This document shows, one piece after another, positions 9,011 to 17,968 of a stretch of DNA of 64,000 nucleotides; within the stretch, counting starts at the first letter, position 1, and each line of letters starts with the position of its first letter. A program made the translations under genes and the position numbers. The stretch spans positions 18,314 to 82,313 of the forward strand of contig JAHIVW010000002.1 in NCBI GenBank assembly GCA_018816245.1, read 5' to 3'. Source of the DNA: Nanobdellota archaeon. GTDB taxonomy: Archaea > Aenigmatarchaeota > Aenigmatarchaeia > QMZP01. The notes beneath the pieces are model-generated. The model made no database searches and had not been told where the DNA came from. It saw only the letters and a program-made list of their open reading frames with translations.

Positions 9011-9727
9011 TTAAAGGTTTCGGCCGCTCCTGGCTGGGAAAAAACCAGTTGCTAAAGGGCTGGTCTTGGTCGCCCAGCGCGCAATCAGGAACGATAATGC
9101 AACAAGAACAGCTACCAACAGCTCGGTCAGCCAGATATTTTGCGTCACCGTGACCGCGCTCACCGCAGCCATGTTCACAAGGAAATGTAGGAACATCGCC
9201 AGCCAGAGATACTTCCGTCCCTTCGAGAAGGAACTGAATACAATCATGGTCAGCGCGAGGTGGAGGACGATCGCAAGATTCCGCTCGATTGCCCCAGGGA
9301 GGATATCCAAAAGCGAAGGAGCAATCTCCAACACGAGCGGCAATGCCAGGATATTCGGTACGTAGAGGAGGAGAGCCTCGCCAACACCCCATCCAAGACC
9401 GAAGGTGAGCAGGGTCTTCTGGTCAGCACTGATCTTCCGTTTCATAATGGTGTACCGGAAGCCTTCCTCGAACAAGCCTGCCATAGCAGAGGCATAGGCA
9501 CCGTAGATAATCAAGAACACCATACTCTCGAGAATTCCCGGTGCCAGGATAACCGGGAGCTGGACCGGAATCAGCCGAACCAGCAGGGCTGCCAACCAGC
9601 CACCCCATCCAAAGAAGAAGGCCTTCCACAAGCCCCGGTTCCCGCGGTTCACCCAGAAGCTCAGTGCCAGGAACGGTCCGATTGCAATAACACACCCAAC
9701 GAACGCTGCGGTGAGAAAGTCTGACAT
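9011..9727 (-). CDS. polytopic membrane protein, YhfC/CPBP-like intramembrane protease (putative)
   Basis: ORF 9011..9835 trimmed to the ATG at 9727 (MSDFLTAAF...), because upstream codons overlap tRNA-Gly/Val. Motifs LFEEGFRY and later HLALT/FLHFLVN resemble glutamic-type intramembrane proteases. Confidence 0.5.
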   Translation of the reverse strand: MSDFLTAAFVGCVIAIGPFLALSFWVNRGNRGLWKAFFFGWGGWLAALLVRLIPVQLPVILAPGILESMVFLIIYGAYASAMAGLFEEGFRYTIMKRKISADQKTLLTFGLGWGVGEALLLYVPNILALPLVLEIAPSLLDILPGAIERNLAIVLHLALTMIVFSSFSKGRKYLWLAMFLHFLVNMAAVSAVTVTQNIWLTELLVAVLVALSFLIARWATKTSPLATGFFPARSGRNL

Positions 9728-9729
9728 TA

Positions 9730-9800
9730 TGCGGCCACCGGGGATCGAACCCGGGCTAGAAGCTTGGGAAGCTCCTGTACTACCACTATACGATGGCCGC
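9730..9800 (-). tRNA. tRNA-Gly (anticodon CCC)
   Basis: Reverse complement GCGGCCATCGTATAGTGGTAGTACA-GGAGC-TTCCCAA-GCTTC-TAG-CCCGGGTTCGATCCCCGG-TGGCCGC-A. Confidence 0.9.
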
Positions 9801-9801
9801 G

Positions 9802-9874
9802 TGGGCCGGAGCGGATTCGAACCGCTGACATCCACCGTGTAAGGGTGGCGTCCTGACCACTGGACGACCGGCCC
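9802..9874 (-). tRNA. tRNA-Val (anticodon TAC)
   Basis: Reverse complement GGGCCGGTCGTCCAGTGGTCAGGACG-CCACC-CTTACAC-GGTGG-ATGTC-AGCGGTTCGAATCCGCT-CCGGCCC-A. Separated from tRNA-Gly by 1 nt. Confidence 0.9.
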
Positions 9875-9899
9875 GCAGCCACTTGTTAGTGCACTACCT

Positions 9900-10634
9900 T
9901 TAAGTTGAGGTCACATCCATGACCTTCAACCCAGTTTTCTCGATTGCGAACGGATGGATGAACACGGAATGATCGGTTCGCCTCATCTTGCGCACGTTCA
10001 AGGTGCGTTTGTAATCCTCAGCAACCGGAACGAAGTCCAGTTTAATGACAGAATCAACCAGGTACTCGACAATTCCGCCGCCAGATAGTGATTCCATGGT
10101 TTCCGGAATCGTACCAGTAAAGATGGCCGTGACCTTCATTGATTTCAGTTTTTCCATCAGTCCCATGAGCACGGCACGGGCAAGGTACTCGTCCCTGATG
10201 AACATCTCGATGATAGATACGGAATCAATGACAACGCGCGACGCCCTGACTGCCTTGATTCCCTTTTCGATTTTCTCCAGGAGATCGTACGTATAGATTT
10301 TAATGAAGCGGCTTGTATCCGTCTTGCTCTGTTCCGCAGACACGTTTGGCTTGATGGACAGGAACTTCAGCTTGCCCTTTTTTTCAAGGTCATCTAGGTC
10401 CCACCCGAACATGGCATCAACATCAGCCTTGATGTCCTCTTCGCTTTGTTCTGTGGTGACATAGAATCCGGTTTCCCCTTTGTGTGCACCGTCGTAGAGG
10501 AAGGACGCACAGAAGGCTGTTTTTCCCGTCCCCGTCTTCCCGGCGATTAGGTTCACGCTCCCTTGGAAAAAGCCGCCTTCGATCTTGTCATCCAATCCTT
10601 TGATACCTGTTGAGATGCGTTTGAGTTCCCCCAT
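9900..10634 (-). CDS. KaiC/RadA-like RecA-superfamily ATPase (single domain)
   Basis: 244 aa. GIKGLDDKIEGGFFQGSVNLIAGKTGTGKT (Walker A), VVIDSVS (Walker B-like). Paralog at 41551..42222. Confidence 0.8.
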   Translation of the reverse strand: MGELKRISTGIKGLDDKIEGGFFQGSVNLIAGKTGTGKTAFCASFLYDGAHKGETGFYVTTEQSEEDIKADVDAMFGWDLDDLEKKGKLKFLSIKPNVSAEQSKTDTSRFIKIYTYDLLEKIEKGIKAVRASRVVIDSVSIIEMFIRDEYLARAVLMGLMEKLKSMKVTAIFTGTIPETMESLSGGGIVEYLVDSVIKLDFVPVAEDYKRTLNVRKMRRTDHSVFIHPFAIEKTGLKVMDVTST

Positions 10635-10662
10635 ACAACGTTCTTATCGTTGGGGAGTTAAA

Positions 10663-11262
10663 TTAGTCTTTTGCTTTGCCGTGTTTCTTGAGGATGGTGT
10701 TCACATGCTCCGGAAGGTCTTCGGGTTTCACACCCGCTTTCTCGTAGCCACCGAACTGCTTCTTGTAAGCAGCCTCATTGTCCTTGAGTTTCTTGGCAAA
10801 CGCAGCGATGTGCGCACCAGTGACCCGGTCAACACTCGGAAGTACCTGTTCCCCGTGGGGAATGGCAAGGCCACCGTCGACGGCCCCCTTCAAGGCAGCG
10901 AACAACACTGACCCCTTTGTTGCGGACTGCAAGCCGATATCCAGAACAACATCCGTCACTTTTTTCTTCTTTACCTCAGCTGCGCAGAGAAAGCCGGTCA
11001 CGTATGCTGCCGGTGAATTCGCGCGATGACCTTTGTAGCCGGCCTTGGTAAGCTGCGCCGGGCCAATACTCACCAGCGTCTTGTCACCGCTTTTCTGGTG
11101 TTCAACGATCTGGCACATGATGCCATTGGTGCCGCGCCGAACAACAAACCTCGGTTTGTTTGACTTGAGCAACTTGAGACGTGCCCGGTAATCTGTCCGC
11201 TGTTCCCGGCGTCGCCGGTGCGGCACGGTGGTTGTTCGGGTATGTTTCTTCATGATCATCAC
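10663..11262 (-). CDS. rpl18: ribosomal protein uL18 (L18P/L5e)
   Basis: N-terminal RRRREQRTDYRARLKLLKS..PRFVVRRGTN is typical of archaeal L18. Confidence 0.9.
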   Translation of the reverse strand: MMIMKKHTRTTTVPHRRRREQRTDYRARLKLLKSNKPRFVVRRGTNGIMCQIVEHQKSGDKTLVSIGPAQLTKAGYKGHRANSPAAYVTGFLCAAEVKKKKVTDVVLDIGLQSATKGSVLFAALKGAVDGGLAIPHGEQVLPSVDRVTGAHIAAFAKKLKDNEAAYKKQFGGYEKAGVKPEDLPEHVNTILKKHGKAKD

Positions 11263-11708
11263 TTCTTCTTTATTCGCAGTTTGTTTTCTGCGATGTACGT
11301 AAGCAAGTGGCGCTTGCTTCGGAAGACCCCGCCCTTGACTCGCCGGTACAACAAACGGTAATCATCCATCGACAGTTCCTTTTTCACCTTCAGGTCGTTC
11401 AAGGATTTCCGCATGCCTCGAATCCGTCGAATGTGCCGTTCTTTCGGAGGCGCGCGAGCTCCCTGCTTCCCTTTCTTGGAACCGGTTCCGAAACGACGAC
11501 CGCGAGCTTTTTGCCTCTTGATTTTCTTGGACAGTGCTTTGGTTGTTCCCTTCTTCTGGACCTTGACAATCGAGCCGTTTTTAATCAGACCGCGAATGTC
11601 TTCACGTGTCAGTGCTTCTAACACAGCTTTCGCATCCATGATGCGCACGCGTGTGACACCACACTTCAGCAGGTTAGCGGCGACGCGCCGGTGGTTTTCG
11701 ATTGGCAT
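11259..11708 (-). CDS. rpl19e: ribosomal protein eL19
   Basis: RVAANLLKCGVTRVRI...IKNGSIVKVQKKGTT plus a basic C-terminus. Start placed at the internal ATG 11708 (the ORF extends to 11768). Confidence 0.85.
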   Translation of the reverse strand: MPIENHRRVAANLLKCGVTRVRIMDAKAVLEALTREDIRGLIKNGSIVKVQKKGTTKALSKKIKRQKARGRRFGTGSKKGKQGARAPPKERHIRRIRGMRKSLNDLKVKKELSMDDYRLLYRRVKGGVFRSKRHLLTYIAENKLRIKKK

Positions 11709-12327
11709 AGTCTCCTCGTCGTTTGTCGCGATGCCGGCCTGGCTGCGACTTCGGCTCGCGTTCATCAAGGAAGTCCTTTAATTCATAGGAGAAATCTTCC
11801 TTATTCCCGCGATGTTTGTGGATCTCGCGGGCGAGTAAAAAGAAAATGAGCGCAAGTGATTTCTTTCCGTTGTTGTTCACCGGCAGCACAAGGTCAACAT
11901 TCTTGGCGCTGTTAAAGGTGCCGCACAACGCGACAATAGGGATCCGTTTCTGTTTCGCTTCAACAATAACCTGTTCATCAATCAACGGGTCAACAACAAA
12001 CACAACATCAGGTTCCGTGAAATCGCGATAGGCAGGATTGGTGAGCGTGCCAGGGTTGAAGCGGCCGGAAATCGCTGTTGACTTGGTCGCCTTGGCAAAG
12101 GTCGTGATGGATTTTGCAGCAGTATCTTTCCGGGAGACCACCAGAATCTTCTCGAATGATGCAAGGAACGACGCCGCGATTGTGAGGCGTTCATCCACCT
12201 TCTGGAGGTTGAAGACCGCGAGCCCGTCCTCCCGGACCTTGTAGACGTATTCTTTCATGTACTGGTTGCACGTCTTCATGCCGATATGAATACCAGCGGT
12301 CAGATAATCGGTTTTCTCCGTCAACAT
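11674..12327 (-). CDS. rps2: ribosomal protein uS2
   Basis: LTAGIHIGMKTCNQYMKEYVYKVREDGLAVFNLQKVDERL..., then VVDPLIDEQVIVEAKQKRIPIVALC. Confidence 0.9.
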   Translation of the reverse strand: MLTEKTDYLTAGIHIGMKTCNQYMKEYVYKVREDGLAVFNLQKVDERLTIAASFLASFEKILVVSRKDTAAKSITTFAKATKSTAISGRFNPGTLTNPAYRDFTEPDVVFVVDPLIDEQVIVEAKQKRIPIVALCGTFNSAKNVDLVLPVNNNGKKSLALIFFLLAREIHKHRGNKEDFSYELKDFLDEREPKSQPGRHRDKRRGDYANRKPPARRR

Positions 12328-12373
12328 GGGTCCTCGAAGGTGTAGAATATAGGAAGGGTCCTTTTAAATACCC

Positions 12374-12586
12374 TCACTCGCGGCGCTTGACATCAATGGG
12401 AATGACCCCTTTGTTCCATTCGAATTGTGCAATTTCCAGAGGGGTATTGAGCGCACGTGGCACCTTGATGAACGGCGGCGATCCTTGGGCCAGCTGGAGC
12501 GCCCGGGCAGCGATAATTCTGGTCCGCTCGTAGCGAGTGTACTTGCGAGAAAGATCGACCATAGGCGCTCTATTCAACCCTTGCAC
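12374..12586 (-). CDS. rpoK: RNA polymerase subunit Rpo6 (RpoK/omega)
   Basis: 70 aa. TRYERTRIIAARALQLAQGSPP is the Rpo6 signature. Confidence 0.85.
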   Translation of the reverse strand: MQGLNRAPMVDLSRKYTRYERTRIIAARALQLAQGSPPFIKVPRALNTPLEIAQFEWNKGVIPIDVKRRE

Positions 12587-12595
12587 ATTTAAGCG

Positions 12596-13390
12596 TTACC
12601 CAATGTACCGGAGCTGCTCCTTTTCTTCCGGCGCTCCGTGCTCTTCCTTACTGAGTTGCTGAAGCGCTTTGCGTTGCAGGGTTTCGACTTTCTTAATGAA
12701 AGATTCCATTTCCTTGACGCGTTCATCGAGCCGGCTCATATTGACCTTGATCCCCAAAATCTTGATCAACACTTTCAACACCATCTCAGCAGCTCGCGGA
12801 TCAGTAACAATCGGGAAGCCGCTCGTTTCACCGAGCAAACAGATACCATCCATCCCACGTTCCCGGCCAAGACCAGGAAGCAGGCCAGCTGCACCAACAA
12901 TGTAGCCAACCTTTTCACCGGCGTTGAAGTCAATACCATATTTCTTATATTTCTTGAGAAGCGCCTCATCGTTGATTGCACCAAGTACGTGGGACGCGTC
13001 TTCAATCTCACCTGTTGCCAAGCCGCCAATTGTGATGATTTCCTTCACCTTGAAGGCGTCAGCCAGGTCAAGGATCTTTTCGCCGATTTCATAGTGGCCA
13101 TTTGGAGACAACGATTGAGAGTCACCAACAAGCAGAATCAGGTCGCGGGCCTTTGCTGTTTTTGCTTTGTAATAATAGAACTCGTTCTTTAGTAAGTGAA
13201 TTTTGTAATTATCCTGGAGCATGACGAAGGGAAAGAAGTGCTCAGAGTAGAGCTGGGCAAAGGATTTCGCTTTGAGCTCCTTAACGAGGTAGTCAACGGC
13301 CACGCGACCGATGTTTCCCACTCCCGGGAGGCCGACGAGGAGGATTGGCCGCCGGAGCTTGGGCTTGCTGAAGACAGTTACGGTAGTCAT
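12596..13390 (-). CDS. PAC2-family (proteasome assembly chaperone-like) protein
   Basis: Start at ATG 13390 (MTTVTVFSKPKLRRPILLVGLPGVGNIGRVAVDYLV...), an N-terminus typical of PAC2/COG1938. A TATA-like ctttatattc lies ~31 nt upstream. Confidence 0.6.
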   Translation of the reverse strand: MTTVTVFSKPKLRRPILLVGLPGVGNIGRVAVDYLVKELKAKSFAQLYSEHFFPFVMLQDNYKIHLLKNEFYYYKAKTAKARDLILLVGDSQSLSPNGHYEIGEKILDLADAFKVKEIITIGGLATGEIEDASHVLGAINDEALLKKYKKYGIDFNAGEKVGYIVGAAGLLPGLGRERGMDGICLLGETSGFPIVTDPRAAEMVLKVLIKILGIKVNMSRLDERVKEMESFIKKVETLQRKALQQLSKEEHGAPEEKEQLRYIG

Positions 13391-13431
13391 GAGAATGGTT
13401 GATATTAACGCGGGCGAATATAAAGGGGCGT

Positions 13432-13448
13432 GTATCACACTGTGATAC
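13432..13448. repeat. 17-bp perfect palindrome GTATCACACTGTGATAC (variant of the TAT[AC]ACA-N-TGT[TG]ATA motif), copy 2
   Basis: 8-nt arms are perfectly complementary. Its centre lies ~19 bp upstream of the TATA box of the PAC2-family gene. Confidence 0.8.
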
Positions 13449-13495
13449 AACGAGCAAAAAGGCACTTAAAACACCACCACACAACTAACCACGCT

Positions 13496-13568
13496 GCCCC
13501 CGTCGTCTAGTGGCCAAGGATACGGGCTTCTCGAGCCTGGGACCCGGGTTCAAATCCCGGCGGGGGCG
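13496..13568 (+). tRNA. tRNA-Glu (anticodon CTC)
   Basis: GCCCCCG...-CGGGC-TTCTCGA-GCCTG-GGAC-CCGGGTTCAAATCCCGG-CGGGGGC-G. Confidence 0.85.
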
Positions 13569-13621
13569 TCACCTCCTAGTGGCAACTTTATAAATCATTA
13601 GTCAAATTTCAATGAGATCCT

Positions 13622-14440
13622 ATGGTAATGGCCTTTATCTCTGATTTACATGGGAATCGTGAGGCAGCTGATGCTGTCTTCAATGATATTGCAGAAAGAG
13701 GCATCAACCAAGTCTACCATCTCGGGGATTTGATTGGATACGGGCCTGATTCTGTTTACGTGGCAAACGCAGTCTTTGATCGAGGAATCCCCGGAGTCCC
13801 GGGAAATCATGAAGTTGGTATTCTCAAAGACACGTACGATACTTGGAATGACCTTGCGGCGAATGCCGGGAGATACACTCGAAACCTCTTACTCAAAGAC
13901 GATAACATTGCAGTGACTAATCAACTCTGGGAATTAGTGCGAGGACCTCGCTACCGGCTTTTTGAAGTTCCTATGGACGGCGATAAAGAACCAGCAACTG
14001 GTTTGATCGTCCACGGCGCCCCACACAAAGGAGAGGAAGTCGATGACTATCTTAAATCCTATCATCTTGACGGGAGACCGTATGGATGGGGTTGGTCAGA
14101 CGAACTTAGAAAAGCAGAAGAGATTTGCGGTAAGGAAGTGCATGCACTGCTTCATGGTCATACACACAGACCTCTCATCAGAACCAGCGACCTCAACGGC
14201 TCGGGAGATTTCGAAGACCCGTACCTGTATGTTGTGAATGTTGGATCCGTTGGCCAACCAAGAGACGAAAACCCACGAGCATGCTACACCATCATCCACG
14301 ATGACGGATGTGTTGAGCATATTCGTGTTGACTACGATTTCAGAACAACCATGAAAAAAATTGAGCAGCTTGGGAAAACTGGAGAACTTATGTCAGAAAC
14401 AGCGGAACTTCTCTCAGGGCGTCTCGAATTCGGCCAGTAA
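13622..14440 (+). CDS. calcineurin-like metallophosphoesterase
   Basis: ISDLHGN, GDLIGYGPD, GNHE and LLHGHTH motifs in the canonical order. Confidence 0.8.
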   Translation: MVMAFISDLHGNREAADAVFNDIAERGINQVYHLGDLIGYGPDSVYVANAVFDRGIPGVPGNHEVGILKDTYDTWNDLAANAGRYTRNLLLKDDNIAVTNQLWELVRGPRYRLFEVPMDGDKEPATGLIVHGAPHKGEEVDDYLKSYHLDGRPYGWGWSDELRKAEEICGKEVHALLHGHTHRPLIRTSDLNGSGDFEDPYLYVVNVGSVGQPRDENPRACYTIIHDDGCVEHIRVDYDFRTTMKKIEQLGKTGELMSETAELLSGRLEFGQ

Positions 14441-14477
14441 CACCTTCTTAAACCTCACGCGCCAAACACAACCGCAC

Positions 14478-14551
14478 GGGCGGGTAGCTCAGCTGGTTAG
14501 AGCACTCGACTGATAATCGAGAGGTCGTGAGTTCGAATCTCATCCTGCCCA
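14478..14551 (+). tRNA. tRNA-Ile (anticodon GAT)
   Basis: GGGCGGGTAGCTCAGCTGGTTAGAGCA-CTCGA-CTGATAA-TCGAG-AGGTC-GTGAGTTCGAATCTCAT-CCTGCCC-A. Confidence 0.9.
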
Positions 14552-15103
14552 TCACCACGGGGTCTGTTTTACCTTCAGCTTGTAGCCGATGTAACATGCA
14601 GCCCAGTGGACGAGTGGTGTGATGATTAACAACAGAATCGCCCACTCAAGTTTCACGAGCACAACCAATGCCACAAACACCAGCGATCCGACAATGAAAT
14701 TGTCCTGATCCAAGACCGGTGCCGCTGCGCCGCGTATCAAGTTGATTCGCCGCTTGAAGAACGAACTTACCATATCACCACAGATTGCACCAAACCCGAG
14801 TACAGCACCAAGCACCGGCGACATTGGCACGATCGTCAACGGCACGTCAGAAATCCAGAATGGCACGTACGGAAACGCAAGCATCTGGATGGTCCCGATC
14901 ACAGCACCGATAAGCGTCCCAAAAATCCATCCTTCCCAGGTTTTTCCTGGCCCCAACAATGGTTTTCCCCGGAACAACAGTCCGCCGTCAACAGGGTGTT
15001 TCCCCCGGGCAAGCGGCACCAAGCCGTTCGCGGCATAGGCAGGGAGAATGATCCAGATCGCCTCGACGAGGGTGTAAATCGTAAAAACAGCCCCCCAATC
15101 CAT
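14552..15103 (-). CDS. carS: CDP-archaeol synthase (CDP-2,3-bis-O-geranylgeranyl-sn-glycerol synthase)
   Basis: 183-aa polytopic protein. PAYAANGLVPL...GKHPVDGG...GPGKTWEGWIFG matches the CarS (DUF46) pattern. Confidence 0.75.
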   Translation of the reverse strand: MDWGAVFTIYTLVEAIWIILPAYAANGLVPLARGKHPVDGGLLFRGKPLLGPGKTWEGWIFGTLIGAVIGTIQMLAFPYVPFWISDVPLTIVPMSPVLGAVLGFGAICGDMVSSFFKRRINLIRGAAAPVLDQDNFIVGSLVFVALVVLVKLEWAILLLIITPLVHWAACYIGYKLKVKQTPW

Positions 15104-15169
15104 AGGAATCCCTTATTGCGCGACGCTTATATCCGAACAAATATATAGGGACATCCCAATTGGGGTGCA

Positions 15170-15241
15170 GGGCCGGTAGATCAATGGTAGATCGCTGCCT
15201 TCGCAAGGCAGAGGCTCCGGGTTCAAGTCCCGGCCGGTCCA
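15170..15241 (+). tRNA. tRNA-Ala (anticodon CGC)
   Basis: GGGCCGGTAGATCAATGGTAGATCG-CTGCC-TTCGCAA-GGCAG-AGG-CTCCGGGTTCAAGTCCCGG-CCGGTCC-A. The G3:U70 identity pair is present. TATA-like aaatatatagg lies ~26 nt upstream. Confidence 0.9.
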
Positions 15242-15242
15242 T

Positions 15243-15956
15243 ATGACAGTCATAGCGTACGCTACCGATATCCACGGTGACGTCCACATCTTCGAGAAGC
15301 TCTTCCGGGAGGCAGAACAGAAACGCATTAAGGCGATCCTTATTGGTGGCGATGTGTTCCCGGAGTTTGATGTTGTTCTGCAGCGGGCATTCATCAGGGA
15401 ATATCTCATCCCCCGTCTCACGTCATTCCAAAAACGGATCCAGAAACCAGTCTACCTGATCCTCGGCAACGATGATTTCATGATTAATATCGATCTTCTC
15501 GAACAGGCACACAACAAGAAACTGCTCTTTTTCCTCCATAACAAGGTGACGACATTTGAAACACATTCACTTATTGGTTATGGGTTTGTCAACCGAACAC
15601 CGTTCCACTTCCCGGACTGGGAAAAGGATGACGATGTAATCTTCAAGGAGCTCATGACACTTGCAAAGAAACAACAGCCAGAAGAAACAATATTAGTTGC
15701 CCATGTCCCTCCAAGCAACTCAAAGCTTGATGTTCTCTACGATGGATCATTTGTCGGTTCTTCTGGTATACGACAATTCATCGAAACATGGGGACCACAC
15801 TTTGCATTCTTCGGACACATTCACGAATCACCTGAAATGAGCGGTGCCTGGAAAGAAAAAATTGGAAAAACTCTCTGTATCAATCCTGGCAATGGTAATA
15901 TTGTGATCGCCAATCTGCATGACCAGAATGATATCCGGCGCATCTCGAAGTTTTAA
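15243..15956 (+). CDS. calcineurin-like metallophosphoesterase
   Basis: YATDIHGD, GGDVFP, LGNDD, AHVPP and GHIHE motifs. The ATG starts 1 nt after the tRNA-Ala discriminator base. Confidence 0.8.
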   Translation: MTVIAYATDIHGDVHIFEKLFREAEQKRIKAILIGGDVFPEFDVVLQRAFIREYLIPRLTSFQKRIQKPVYLILGNDDFMINIDLLEQAHNKKLLFFLHNKVTTFETHSLIGYGFVNRTPFHFPDWEKDDDVIFKELMTLAKKQQPEETILVAHVPPSNSKLDVLYDGSFVGSSGIRQFIETWGPHFAFFGHIHESPEMSGAWKEKIGKTLCINPGNGNIVIANLHDQNDIRRISKF

Positions 15957-15977
15957 ACGGGGAAACAAATACTCGCT

Positions 15978-16589
15978 ATGATTAAGGCAATTTTCTTTGA
16001 TTGGGGAGGCACCCTGACCTACGGATCCATTTTCGGATTGGTTGCTGCACGGCTTGCTCATGTCCTTCCCGTCAGTAAGCGCAGGATTGCTGAGGCACTT
16101 GAAAAGAAAAATCACGACTACCTCACCGGAAAGGTGAGTTCACAGACCTTCTGGACAGCATTCGCCGATACACTGGGTATCCACCTCCAGCTCCAATTAT
16201 TCAATCGGATCCTGCTGGAAGCAGGTGAGGTTAACAAGGAGATGCTCACCCTTGTCGATGAAGTGAGGAAGCACTATCATGTTGGTCTGCTCTCCGATAA
16301 TTACAAAGAGCTCGCTGTTCACATCGTCAAGAAGTATCATCTCCACAAGCGTTTTGACGTGCTTGTCTTCTCCCAAGAACTCGGGTTCAAGAAACCGGAC
16401 CCGCGCATCTACCGGATTGCTTGCCGGAAACTCCGGATCAAACCAGAGGAATGTGTGTTTCTTGATGATAAACATAAGAATATTCTGGGAGCACGGCGCG
16501 TTGGAATGAAAGGAATCCATTTTAAGTCCGTCGGTCAGGCGCGACTCGCGTTGCGCCGGCTGAATATTCAGGTTGCGAGAAGCGTATGA
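15978..16589 (+). CDS. HAD-superfamily hydrolase (subfamily IA-like)
   Basis: IKAIFFDWGGTL (DxD-type motif I region), LLSDN (motif II) and FLDDKHKNILGARRVGM (motifs III/IV). Confidence 0.75.
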   Translation: MIKAIFFDWGGTLTYGSIFGLVAARLAHVLPVSKRRIAEALEKKNHDYLTGKVSSQTFWTAFADTLGIHLQLQLFNRILLEAGEVNKEMLTLVDEVRKHYHVGLLSDNYKELAVHIVKKYHLHKRFDVLVFSQELGFKKPDPRIYRIACRKLRIKPEECVFLDDKHKNILGARRVGMKGIHFKSVGQARLALRRLNIQVARSV

Positions 16590-17185
16590 TCAAGGCGATC
16601 CTTTTTGATTTCGGTGGAGTATTGGTCAACCCATCAACCTATATTTTCCGGCGGGCGGCCCGGGAGTTCAATCTCGATCGTGCACAATTACATGAACTGA
16701 TTGACAAGGTTGTTGCAAAGCTCGAGGTTGGATCGCCATTAAAAAAGGAACAGAAACGACTTGAAGACGTCGTCAGACACCCCATTCCCTTGAAAACCTT
16801 CCTTGACGTTTTTGTTGGCGAATACAGGCGACATCTAAAAGCGAACATCAACATGGCAAAGTTTGTACGATCTCTTGCGAAACATTACCAGGTCGGTGTC
16901 ATCTCCAATATCATTACCGAGCATGCGGCAATCAATCGTCGTCACGGTCTGTATAAGGGATTCGACGTTGTCGCCCTTTCAAATGAACTTGGAATCAGGA
17001 AACCGAATCCAGCAATCTATCGGTATGTCATGAAACGCCTGAAACGAAAGCCAGAAGAATGCGTCTTTACTGATGACCTCCCTGAGAACGTTGAGTCCGC
17101 AAGACAGCTCGACATGCATGCATTCCAGTTCCATAACATCATCCAACTCAAGAGGGACCTCAAGGAGCTTGGTGTTCACTTTTAA
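16586..17185 (+). CDS. HAD-superfamily hydrolase, tandem paralog
   Basis: IKAILFDFGGVL, VISNI and FTDDLPENVESARQLDM. 4-nt overlap with the upstream paralog. Confidence 0.75.
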   Translation: MIKAILFDFGGVLVNPSTYIFRRAAREFNLDRAQLHELIDKVVAKLEVGSPLKKEQKRLEDVVRHPIPLKTFLDVFVGEYRRHLKANINMAKFVRSLAKHYQVGVISNIITEHAAINRRHGLYKGFDVVALSNELGIRKPNPAIYRYVMKRLKRKPEECVFTDDLPENVESARQLDMHAFQFHNIIQLKRDLKELGVHF

Positions 17186-17236
17186 AGTCTTGATCGTCAA
17201 CCACAACCAGATGATGAGCCAGTGATGATGATCCGG

Positions 17237-17968
17237 CTATTCACCGGGATGATTATGACGGGCAATCTGATACCTCACTTGTTTTCGTACAAGTGGTGAT
17301 GGCGCTTCTTGTTCTTTCTCTTTCCCACCAGAAAACATTCGCTTCACCGTGAAGAGGAGCTTCAGCACAATTTCGAGAACCAATGTATAGATGATAAACC
17401 CGCCAATCTGGAACTGGAATGACGGAAGCGCGAGAATGCGTTCATAAAACAAATCCAGTGAGAAGAAATTCGGCTGGACAAGAAATACCCCAAGCAAAGC
17501 AAGCGGAATGAGCTTTGCAAGATCCCGTGCCAGATCCTCGTTATAATACGCTGCGATCCGTGTTGCCGAAATAACGGTGATCGAGATCAAGATGATCGTT
17601 TCAATTGCCTGTTCCTTTGCGAGGAGAAAGAGGAATGAGGACAAGATAACGAACAGGATAAACGTGATGATTGGAAACAGGATGAGGTACTTGAGAATGA
17701 ACAGAAACCCACCAAGCGCGTTTTCCGCAGCAACTTTAAATCCAGATCCCTGAATATGGTGATAGTGGAAGAAGTCCCGCTTGCTCAGAATCTGATAGTA
17801 ATGCCAGACAACAATGGCATAGATCGCCATGGCGATCGAGAATGTCGTAGCAGTGTAGGCATTCACGGCAAAGTTGGTGTAGATCAGTTCAAGAAAGGGA
17901 AATACAACATCGATCACCTTCTTTTCTTGGTTTCCTGACTTAAACCTTTTTGTTTCTTGTGTCTCCAA
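17237..17968 (-). CDS. polytopic membrane protein, unknown function
   Basis: 243 aa with ~6 hydrophobic helices and a basic C-terminal tail. Confidence 0.6.
   Translation of the reverse strand: METQETKRFKSGNQEKKVIDVVFPFLELIYTNFAVNAYTATTFSIAMAIYAIVVWHYYQILSKRDFFHYHHIQGSGFKVAAENALGGFLFILKYLILFPIITFILFVILSSFLFLLAKEQAIETIILISITVISATRIAAYYNEDLARDLAKLIPLALLGVFLVQPNFFSLDLFYERILALPSFQFQIGGFIIYTLVLEIVLKLLFTVKRMFSGGKEKEQEAPSPLVRKQVRYQIARHNHPGE

Noticed and set aside
9728-9835. N-terminal 36 codons of listed ORF 9011..9835
   Set aside because: They overlap tRNA-Gly and tRNA-Val on the same strand. The CDS was trimmed to ATG 9727.
17205-17270. C/D-box sRNA-like sequence (AGATGATGA, GTGATGATGA, later CTGA)
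   Set aside because: I could not place a consistent C-D'-C'-D arrangement with 12-nt guides. The candidate would run into the 3' end of the minus-strand membrane gene. It is probably chance.
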